Positions 16,867-28,800 of a stretch of 30,148 nt of DNA are shown piece after piece (positions within the stretch are counted from its first letter, which is position 1; every line of letters starts with the position of its first letter). This stretch comes from a virus (lineage: Duplodnaviria; Caudoviricetes). A model generated the notes under the pieces. That model saw only the letters and a program-made list of their open reading frames with translations. It was not told the origin of the DNA and ran no database searches. Position numbers and translations under genes: made by a program. The stretch is from positions 1 through 30,148 of IMG/VR virus record IMGVR_UViG_3300017768_000044, one strand, 5' to 3'.

Positions 16867-19800
16867 GCGTCGTCGAAGATCTGATCAGGAGTGAAGTTTG
16901 ATATCACTGTGCTACCAATCTGGACAGACAGGATAGCAGAGAAGGAATAAACAGGTGTTGCACCTGCTGCAGTTATCGCAACTCTAAATTCATCACCATC
17001 ATCTTGTTGTGTTGTGGATCCAGTAGGATATGCTAATTGGTTACCACCGATAATATTAGTCCAAGTAGTTGTGCCGTAATCCTTCTTCTGCCACTGATAG
17101 TTGAGTGTAGTAGTATTTAGGGCACTATCGGACGCTCTTACAAAGTCAGCGACAACAGTGAATGTAGCAGTCTGACCTTGGTTAACAGTTACGTTAACAG
17201 GGTTGATGTTGATTCTGATTAGACCATCTTCAACAACGATTGGGTTACCCTGTTGATCAATACCTTCACCTGCGTAGACATCAAATCCGTTATTTACAGG
17301 TGCTCCTGTAGGTGTAACAAAATTATCTTCAACAGTTGTTTCAGCAGCAACTACAGCTAATGCATAACCAACACCAGCAGTCCTGACATCAATTCTTTGG
17401 ATACCCATCATAGGCACCAATCTTGCATCAAAACCAGTAGAAGAAATAACTTCAACGTTAGGTTTGGAAGTGTAACCATCGCCAGGATTGGTTATAGTAG
17501 CAGCGATAACTTGACCACTAGTGATATTTGCAAGTGCCTCTGCGTTTCTACCCTTAACTGATCCTGTATATTCAAATGTAATCAAGGAGTTGGAAGATTC
17601 GATTAGAGCAACTTCTCTTGGGAATTCTTCACCTTCAATGTCTAATTCGTCACCCGCTTCAATCGGTGGGACAACAGTTGCAGATATAACGTCAGCATCA
17701 GATCCAATGTAAGAGAATCCAACAAATGTTGCTCCTGCTCTTGGGACTTCAGCAAAGATTATTCTAGATCCAACGATCTCGTAAGATACGCCTGGCTCCT
17801 GTACGATACCGTTTAGTGATACGAGTATGTTGTTTTCTGGTAATATCGTTGCAGATGAAACACCTTCAGTCAATGTCAATGAGTAGAAGATTCCATCTAA
17901 CTTCAAGTTGAATGAAGATCTTAGTGAATCAAACTCAAATCCAATGTCATCAAGTTGTCTTAGTTTACCAACATAGTATCCGATAAACTCAGATCCGATC
18001 TCAGGTGGCTCTGTAAACTGAATCTGATCAGAGAATGCAGTGTAAGCATTAACAGCACCTGGTGGTTGTAGAATACCATTAACAAAGATGAGCATGTGAC
18101 CTGCAGGGTCTGGGAAGTATGCTTGTCCATTCTCAACGGATAGTGAGAAGTTTTGTTGCACACCGTCAAATCCTCTGAAGTAACGATCAACACGTCCAAC
18201 CAATGTCCTTGCATCAGATATAGCAGCACCCCATCCATCATCACCTTTAATGGTCATGTTGTCATAGAAGTCACCAACTGCTTGCTCAACCCAAATTCTT
18301 GCAGTAATACCTGACTGCTCAATCTTAGATATCTTAGCGTATGATGTATATTGTGGGTTACTTACTGCAGTTATGTTAGCGTAGATAACAGGGAAGTTTG
18401 TTGAGATATCATACTTACCAATGAATATACCTGAGTTTGTAAAGTCAGATACAGGAGCACCTGTGCCTACAGGTTGGACATTACCAATCCATATCTTATG
18501 TGCTAATGGAGGAGTTACAGTATTATCTGCAGGTTGATACTTGGTTACATATCCTGTTAAACCAGGATTTCTAATAACAGTACCGATAAGCATGTTAACT
18601 TCATCACCAACTTCAAATGTAGCAGCAAGACCTGCCTCAATAAATGTAGATCCAAGATCTAATTCTACAACCTCTGTGCCGTGAATAATATCATTTACTT
18701 CTGCAACACCACCTGGTTGGTAGATACCTTTAACATCTAAGATGTAGTCAGTAAGACTTCCGTAGATGATATCATTAGTTGCCCATCCAGATTGAATAGT
18801 CTCAACATCCATAACAACACGACCACCATCGTTACCAATGATTGCACCTGATTTATTGTCATAGAATACGATATCTGCTTCAGTGTTATCTGCTTTCTTG
18901 AAGATCTTATCTCCAACAGCATATGATCCAAGATTAACGTTAAGAAGTAGACGATCAGTGAGTCCTGTAATATCTGCAGTTGTTGAGCTATCCAATCCAA
19001 CAAGAGTATCTCCGACTGCCCAGTTAGGTCCTGTCTTATCAACAACTCTTAGAATAATTTGTGTATTGCCAGTGTTGTAGTTTTGCTGTATTATTTTACC
19101 TACAGCAGTTGCATCACCTGACTTAAATACATTTTCACCGTTAGTGAATTTAGAAACACCAGGATCTGATGGATTGCCAAGTATGACATACTTGAATGTT
19201 TCTCTAATAGATGCTTGGTTGAAGGACTGTGATCCAATCTCAGCAAACACATCAGACTGTGTGCAGTAAAGGACATCAGCATCAACAAATCCACCTGAGT
19301 ATGGAGTCTCTACATTAGGATCACCGTAAACTGTAGTTGCTCTACTAATACCAGATCTTACAAGGACTTGGAAGATGTGGGATGTGCTTACAGTATCATC
19401 AAATCTTAGTGCTCTAAATCTACCATCGTGAGTTGCTACAGCACCTATCTCAAAGAATGTTGCTTCAGCATTCAAGATGTAATACATTGCTTGATCTGCA
19501 CCACCTATTGTGCTACCAGATGCAGGGATGTATTGGACAACATCACCACGTCTAAAGAAGTTAGCACGATAGATTCTGATTCTAAATTCCTTCCTATCAT
19601 ATCCTGCACGGACTGTAGGTGTAAGAGATACAAGAGCTGGATCTGTATTCCAATCAAATCCTTCGTTATATGCGTTATGTCTGTTGTGGACGTCAGTATT
19701 TGCAATCCATGTAGTCTTCGCTTCAGTAGAGAATTTAGATTGCTCAAGAGCAAATTCAAATACGTTAACACTTGAATCCATATTAAATTCTGTTGATTCT

Positions 19801-22800
19801 TGATTCCACTCTGTGCGAAGAGGTGGAATGTATAAACCAGGACTTGTGATATATGGAATCCAACCTGCTTCACCTGGATTGTATATTATTGACTTAATAT
19901 ATTCTCTAATACGAGTCATATGATAAATCAAATGTGTCCTAACAACATCAGTGTATACAATCATATTTCCGTCACCATCAAACCAGTTTGATATAGAATC
20001 AAACGCTTGACCATTACCACCTGTAACAAGGTCATAAATTACAGAATCAATTATCTGATCTCCAAATTCTATAGTGCCTGTATATGTTGGATAGAATGTT
20101 GAAGTTTGATCAAATGCTCTTTGTCTGATAGCAGGTCTGTTGAAGAGAATCATCTTCGCTGCCATCTTATTACTTGTTGATCCACCTGATAAGGTTTCAT
20201 ACATTACCTTATACTTACTCTCAATACCTAATCTAACGTCATAACATTTACCCATGTTATATTCATTAACAGTAGGTGATGTAGGAGCAGTTTCGGTAAC
20301 AGTTGATCCATAGTAAGTAAGACCATTTCCTGCAACTGCAGCATCAATACCACCTTCAAGAATTGCCATCAATGTATTGATTGCAGATCTCTGATCAGGA
20401 CATGTTTGATTCCATGTTGATGGTCCACCAGTAGTGTTTGCGTTTGGATCATTTCCAGCAGTATTATCATAAGTGATAGATACATCTCTAAGTGGAATAT
20501 CTCCACCGTATTTACATGGCCAGATATTAGGTAGATTTGGAGTGAATGAAGAATTACTTACGCTATTAGGATATGCACTAGTGCCATTTGATCCACTTGT
20601 GTCATTTCCATCAGGGTCGGTAATGGTATCAGTAACAATACTAATAAGTCTATTAACTTCATTGTCTACATCGCTATCACTAATCGCTGCTAGGTAACCT
20701 GTATCATTTACCCACTTATCTTGAATATCAGTAATAGGAGTATACTCGGCACCGTTTTCAATGTGTCTATTTGGTGTAGTGCCTTGATAGATTTGCTTAG
20801 CAATATCTCTAGCAGTATTTGTAATCCAAGTTACTTCAGTTACAACACCTGAGATGTGTTGAATAACTCCATTCTCAACATAGTATCCTGCACCAAGTGC
20901 AACCATGTTATCGCCACCATACTCTAGGTTGAATGTATGCCATCTAAGAATATCAGCAACGTCATGGACACAATCTATAGATCCTGCAGCAGTGATAGAA
21001 TTATGTGCAGCACTTACAAATGTGTGAGTATATTGTTGACCTGCAGGTGATGCTCCAATATTAACTGTTACCGTGCCACCCTGTTTAATTAATGCACCTG
21101 TTGATGCACTTACAAATGTGTGAGGATATTGCTGACCAACCTGTGAAGGATAAACGTTAACCTTAATATTATCGTCATCAACCTTAGTTACAAGTAACCA
21201 TTTATCAGCAGCAGGGTCAGTTGCTCTTGGATATGAATGGTTAGTATTATTACCATCTTGTGTGCAAGTAAATGTGATACCATCAGTTGCAATCTTGACT
21301 CTGTTTCCAGTTACAAGACCATGACCTGCAGATGTAATCTGTAAGATTCCAGTTGTTTCTTGGTAAGTTGCATTTGTAATATTAACTGCCCCAGTGCTTA
21401 CAGCAGTTACACCAACTGTCTTATTATAATAAGGATCAGTTGTCCTAGGATATGAGTGGTTAGATGCGTTGTTATCCTGAGTGCAAGTAAATACTAATGA
21501 ATTAGGAGCAATCATCATACGATTGCCAATGTTAAATACATGGTTAGGAATAGTCATCACCATGACACCAGTTTCACTGTTGTAAGTAATGTTTGTAGGT
21601 GTCATTTGCTGACCACCCATCTTACTACCTAACTTAACAGATCCTGGTAGAGCACTCTGGAATTGATGATTATACTGTTGACCTACAGGAGACGCACCAA
21701 CATTAACTGTAATAGTTGTTAATGTATGGTCAAGGACTAAACATGGTTTCTCATAATAAGGATCAGTTGTCCTTGGATATGGATGATCTGTTGCATAGTT
21801 GTCTTGATCACATCTTAGAGTTATACCTAAAGGAGTAAATCTAACTGTATCTCCTCTTTGGATATCATGATCTCCAATAGTAATTACCATCAAACCATTA
21901 CCAGAGTTATAAGCAACATCTGTAGGAGTAAATTCTTGATCCCATAATGCACTGCTTCCACCATTAATACTCAATGATGTATACTGATCCAATCCACGAA
22001 GGACTGCTTCTTCTGCAATAAATCTAATGTTTCTTTCGATAGCACGAGCAGCATGGATTCTATTATTAGAAGCACCATTTCTCTCGTAACTTGATTCTTG
22101 GAAAGTTACTTCGTTATGACCAGGTAAAGTGTCGCGACCGAATCCATTTCTAATTGTTAGGATTGCCATGTCTCTAGCAATCTTAAATACAGACTTAGAT
22201 GCTTCTGTTTCACCTTCGATGTGTTTAATACCACCGTCAGATCTTACATAAAGTTTACCAATTCTGAATATCTCAGAGTTACCACCATGACGTATGTCAT
22301 GAGCAACACCTGCTAGGATATCAACTACATCATCTTCACAATCTACAGGGTTACCAGTTGGGACAATAAATGATCCATACTTGGAAAGGTCATTCATTGT
22401 AGAAACTGCTTCTTTAGCAATTACTCTTGCATTTTCATCAATTAGATTTGCAGCATCAAGGTATTTGTTAGATCCAGTCCTTGATTGATCAAACTGCTTA
22501 GGATCGTAAGTAATAGTTGCATCTCTAAATGCTGTCCTGTTTGTATATACTGGAGAGAAATATTCGTCTTGATAAGTTGCACCAGCACCAAGAGCAGCAG
22601 AAGTTTCGCCTGGTGATAGAAGTAAGTTATTAACTGCCTTCAATGCAAGCATCTCTGTATAGTGAATTGCATCAATCATTGGTTGCAATTCATCAGTGAT
22701 ATAAAGAATTTCACTATCACTATTCAAGTAACTATCAATAACTTTCTGTGTCTCAGCATTACCACCCATAATGATGTCACCAATCACTGCAGGTAATACA

Positions 22801-25800
22801 TGATCTTTAAGATCACGAATACACTTAGTATTATTAGGAATAGTTAAGAATTGGACAGGGACACTATTAATAGTTTTAGTATAAAGTGCATTAATATAAC
22901 CAACTGCTTCTTCTGCAATGTAATCTCTATTCTTCCAGATAAGTGATCCTGCATCTCTGAATCTAGCACCTGTAGGAGCAAGGACATCAGCAATATAATC
23001 ACCTAATACATCTAACTGAGTTTCTACACCAGTTACGCCAGTTAATGCATGTGGGACACGAAGTTTAGTTGTGTATGTACCTGTAAGATCTGTGGAAGAT
23101 GTATTGATAACTTCCTTACAAAGTTTTACAACTTCACGCCATGCATATAATGTCTGTAGTAATTCTTGACCGATATACTCAATCTCACCACCTCTTGTGC
23201 GGTAGAAACGAGCTGTAACGATAACGTTATAGTTACCACCTTCTTTTAAATCTTTAACAATAGCAGGTAAGATATAATCTCTAGTATCTCTGATACAAAC
23301 GTTTGTGCCACTCATTGAAGAAGACGCACCGTAAATATCACCAGGTATTACAAAGTCAGGGAAGTATGCTTGCATAATTCCAACTGCTTCTTCAGCAATC
23401 CAGTCACGGTTGATGTCAATTATATCTGCAGCGTCTCTGTAAATTTCTCTACCAAGATCTACTTCCTCAATAGTAATACGTTTGTTGAGGTAATCAATAG
23501 ATTTAAGTGTAGATGAGGAATTAGTTAAACCAGTAAGTGTAGCGTATGTCTCTGTAGTAGATACTATAAATGGTGCCTCACCATTAAGTCCAAATACAAT
23601 TCCAGTCCTAGTAAAGTCAGGATCTGAAGGAGGAGTAATTGTTGCAGCATCATAATCAGCAGTGCCTTTTCTAACCATAAGATTATCAAGGTTACCTATA
23701 AATTGTTGAGCGTTAGAAACATCCTTACCAAGAGCAAATCTTGCAAATGGATATGTGTTTGTATCGTTATAGTTTGTTTGCTGCACACCATCAATATACA
23801 TTGAAGTCACAGCGGTTTTTCTAACAATAGCAATGTGATGCCATCTTGCAGCAATAAGAGTATTAGTAGATGTGATAAGAGCACTTCCACCGTTATTAAG
23901 TATTACATTACCACTTGCATTCAATACTAGATTCAACCCTGTTGAGGACGCTTGTGGGCGTCTCATATCAAAGATAATTTGGTTACCTGATATAGCATCA
24001 GCACGAAGTCTCATTTCAATAGTAAAGTCACCTGTGCCAAACTTAAAGTCATTTCTTTCTGTTTGGACAATTTGTCCAGTGTTAGGAATTCTAACTGATT
24101 TTGTAGAATTAGAAAGAGCAGATAATATTGTAATATCATCAACTGTGCAACTACTATTAACTAGAGTAGAGTTAGTTACATATTCGTTAAGACTGAATGT
24201 GCCAGTAGCGTTACCACCATAGATCCACTTAAGACCACTGTTAGATCCTTTAATAGGAGCAGATGCATTTGTTGTAACACCCTTAAGGTTTTCGCCAGGT
24301 AAGAATAGACCTCTTGATGGATCCTTATAAGCATATTTTGTAACACGAAGAGTTTCACCTGCAGTGTAACCACCATCAGTGATTGTCCTTTCAGTAGGAG
24401 CAGTCCTTGTGGCGTGTGCCATATTGTTGTTGGTGTATGCAGTTGTGTATACACTCATGAGTGTGTTAAATGCAGATACAACAGTTGCACATGCATTTGT
24501 GTCTGAGTTGACAGGTGTCAAATCAGTATCAAACCACTGATTTTTATTATGTGTGCCTGTAGCAGCAAATCTAGGATAATAGTAATCACCAAATGTTTTA
24601 GATACGAAATGTAAGTAATGAAGTCTTACTGTATTTCCGTTACTTAATGTTGGAGTATAATTTTCTGCAAGAGTGATAGAAAGTGTGCCTGTGCCAACGT
24701 CATAAACTGCGTTAGCAATGTCTGCAGTATTATCTAATGTTACTGCGTTACTGGTAGCACTTACAAATGTATGTGTATAGTTACCACCTGTGATAACAGC
24801 ACCAAAAGATGCACTTTGGAAGACATGCTCATACTGACCAGAAGCAGTTGCAACACCTACGTTTACAGTAATAGTAGTTGCAGTTGCTGCTGTAATTGTT
24901 ACTGCAGTATTATAGAATGGATCAGTTGTCCTAGGATAAGCGTGATCAGTTAGGTAGTTATCTTGAGAGCATCTAAAGACGATTGATTCTTGTGCAAACT
25001 TAATAGAAGTGCCTGCCTCTAATCTATGCTCACCAATAGTCATTACCATCACACCGCTAGATGGACTGTATGTAACAGCAGTAGGAGTGAATGTTATCTC
25101 AGGAGATGCACCAACATTAACTGTAATTGATGTGTTTGCAACAACAGAAGTAACCTCTAGAGGTTTATTATAGTAAGGATCTGATTCTCTAGGATATGTC
25201 TTATTAGAAGATCCACTATCCATTGTGCAATTAAATGTCAAACTGTTAGCAGCGATAGTGACAAATCTACCTGCAGTAATACTATGAGATCCAATGGTAA
25301 GGACTAAATCTCCAGTTACAGGATTATATGTTGCACCAGATGGTGTGAATTGTGGAGGTGCCACAACCATTTTACCATTACCAACATATGTTAATGCGTC
25401 ACCTGCGTTGAGTGTGACGGTTGGGACTGTCACATCAAATGTCCTATTTCCGTTATTTACGTTAGCTACTGTGAATGTATCTGTGCCGTTTTGTATAACA
25501 TTGCCTGCAATAGTCTGTGCTTCAGCAAAGATTCCATTTATCTGTGCTGCAGTTGTAGTAGAATCATCGTAAGCAATAGCATAAGTTGCAGCATCATATA
25601 CTCTACTGTTACCACCATACTTGAGGTCATAAGCAATCGCTTCAATTACGTCTTTAATATCATCAGTGCAATCTGATTCAGTTTGATATTGTGTAAATGA
25701 TGGGTTTGCAGTTTTGTAGATATGAAGTGCTTCATATGCAATAAATTCTTTGTTATTAAGTAGAAGGTTTGCACCATCAATCTTAAGACTTGTCTGAGGC

Positions 25801-28800
25801 ACTGGATCAGCAAATACACCAGTAATCTTAGGACCACCTGTGCCTTCAGATGTATAAGAAATAGCACCTGTAAGGTTATGTGTATTTTCTGCAGTAACAG
25901 AGTGGATAACAATATCAGTTAGGAATGTGATATTCTGCTGCACATCAGCACAGTTACTTAAACTCTGAGCATTACCAGCTGAGTAGTTATTATCGTAAGT
26001 ATGTGCAGGAGCAGATCCACCATATGTTAGAGGATCGTTTAGGTTATATCCTTCATTACCAATATCTTTTACAAAGAGCAAGTTATTGATAGCATACATC
26101 ATTGTATCTCTTGCTTTCAATATTGCAGTTTGTGATTCAGCAACTTCACCATAGAATCCATTAAGGATGAAGTTACCAGTAGTGTCAAAGTATTGCTCTG
26201 CAAAATTCTGACATTGGAATTCACCACCTGCTCCTAAGTCATCAGAAAGTGCATCGATAAAGAGTCCTAGGTCACGACGACATTTTTCTTGACCAATGGA
26301 AGTTGTAGGACTAATTTCACTAGGAATATTGTTTAGATTACCTGCAGTTAATGCTTCGTTTTGCCACGTCCAGATAGTGCTAATTGCAGACTGCACGTCA
26401 CTGCAATTAGTAGTAGTAGCGTTATCTGTATTGCTGCCTGGAGTTGCATACGCAGATCCTGGTGATGGGTCTGCTGTGATTGAGAGGTCTGCATAATAAG
26501 TTGCTTCGTCAGTAGAGTTAGTTGCACTGAATACACCAGTTAACTGGTTAGTGATGGCTGACATCACAAGTATCTTCGCTTGCTCAATAATATAGATAAG
26601 CTCAGATTGTGCTCTGGTATATGATAGTGTGCTTGAGTCAGAGAAATATTCGTTGATCCACTTTAAGGAGTCTTCGTTACCACCTGAGTGAATATCTAAA
26701 GCAATACACTCTAACCATAGTCTAGCATCATCTAGATATCCTGCTTTGTCGCCTGCACTAGTGCCAGTAAACTGTGTCTTCTGTAAATCATATGATTGTA
26801 GTTTGATCGCTTCAATATTCTTCCAGATCATGCGATGTGCATCTCTGAATCTTGAAGTTGTATTTGTCTGGACATCACCAGGATAGTAGAAGTCAGGATG
26901 CTCTACCGCAACCCAACGCTCTGCTCTGTCAATTATCTCTTGCTTGTTTCTACCGATACTTCTAGCACCATCATTTTTCCTGTTACCTGCATTACCTACA
27001 AGGTTTGCATAGAAGATTGCTTTGTTTCTTAGATTATCACCTTTAGCAAATGTGCCACTAGAAAGATTATCATATTCAATCTCAGTGCTTCTGACTTCTT
27101 CAAAGTCTAGGAAGTCTTCGTTGATTCTTACTGCTGAATCGTACAATTGTACTGGTGTAATACTTGACTGAGAAATATCATCAAGTATAACGTTAGGATT
27201 CTGGATAGCAACAAGTCTTTCGTAGATAAGACCAAAGAATGTAGATCCTTTGTTAATGATTAGAGTATCAACAGGTTGACCAGTGTTAGGATCTAGATAT
27301 GGACTAATGAATGTGATCTGAGCAACAATCTTAGAAGAACTTGAGTAGATGTATTCATTTAATCTAATATCGAAGATACCAGTTTCAAATCTTGCAGTAC
27401 CTGAAGTCTTACTTAATAGTAATGTGTCTGTTGCACCACCTGTTGCATCAAGGTTAGTCTCTTCAATAATTGCTATATCACCATCAAAGTTAGTGATAGT
27501 CTCTTGGAAATCGAAGAGGTTTTCAGTATTAATAAGATCTACACTTGCTACAACAGCAGTGAATAAGTTTGTCCTCTTAAGAATTTCACTGACTATGAAA
27601 GGTCCGTCAGTAATGTTAATAACATCAATATGGAATGTCCCTGAGTCAACAACAGTTGCATATGCATCAGAAGTTTCACCATTAACTTGTTGACCCATCT
27701 CAGGGAATATACCCTGTGGGTTTGTTAATGTAATTCTATAAACTGGTATAGTTGCAAATCTAACACTTCTATATCTGACCTGAGATGCTGCTTTAGGTGG
27801 CTCAGCAAATACAATCTGATTTCCAACTATCTGATATGCACTACCAGGTGACTGGATAACACCATTTAAAGTAATCATTAACTGATTACCTTTAACAATT
27901 ACACCGTCACCTTCAACAGTGATTGGGAATGATTTCAATATTCCATCAAACTGATCAGATATATTATCAATCTTCTTAACGATAGAAGTTAAGATTTCCT
28001 CAGATGAAGTCAATCTTCTACTTCTGAATAATACCTCTGTATTGTTATAGTCAGTATAGATTGGCTCAGCAGCACCAAATGATGTAATTTGGTTTACATT
28101 AGTATACTCATTAATATTAACTTCTTTAATAAACTCTGTGCCAACCTTTCTACCAGATACATCCTTACCGCCAGTCAGTTGTAACTGACCAAACATCTTA
28201 AATCCAGTTGGGTGGTTATTATCTAATACTTGCTTTTTCCATCTTGTGATAGGAATCTCAGATGTAATAACATAAGAGAATGACTGATAGAAGAAACTAT
28301 CTTGAATTTTTTGGACAATTTCAGATGGTTTACCAACGTCATCAATAAATCGGCCTGGTGTTGTAGTGATGGAGTCAATATTTAAGACACCACGAGCAAT
28401 ACTCAAGTTATCGATAATACCAGATGCTTTAGAAACCTCACCAGATATCTTCTCACCCTCAACAAAATTACCAGTGTAATCAACGATCTTAAGAATCTTA
28501 GGACCTATTTGCCAACCAGTGTTAGTAGAGACATAACCTACAGCACTTGCTTGCTCAGGTGAATTACCTTGGAATATTTTTTCACCTGCTAAGAATCTAG
28601 ATGTTGCAACAACAGCATCAGCAGTACCTCCAAACACCTCGGTTAAGAGAGTTTGTCGTCCCTCACCTTGAGTTAGGAAGGTAATAAAGTCTCCAGACTG
28701 TGCTGCCTGTAATGTTAATCCAAAACGTAATTGATCAGATTCTAACTGATCAGCGATAGCGTAGTAGATCTGTCCATCAATCAAACTAGTTAAACCTGCA

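Larger units (their letters stand above)
19880..26990 (-). repeat. About 8 dispersed alpha-helical repeats in gp7 (phycobiliprotein/globin-like pattern)
   Basis: Recurrent R-x-x-D-A-x3-I-x2-N-x3-I-A-x-E-A-V ... C-x-(R/D/H)-D-x7/8-(I/V)-x2-D-(L/I)-x2-GG-N ... C-x-D-V-x3-I. Confidence refers to the existence of the repeat, not its function. Confidence 0.8.

Noticed and set aside
20995-21932. CRISPR array or diversity-generating retroelement TR/VR pair
   Set aside because: The DNA similarities are short, in-frame and explained by protein repeats; there is no regular repeat-spacer structure, no adenine-specific mismatch pattern and no reverse transcriptase or cas gene in the window.
764-27693. 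Numerous plus-strand ORFs of 60-164 aa in the ORF track
   Set aside because: All lie antisense within long minus-strand structural genes, have the Ser/Pro/Val-rich composition of shadow frames and contain no recognisable motifs.
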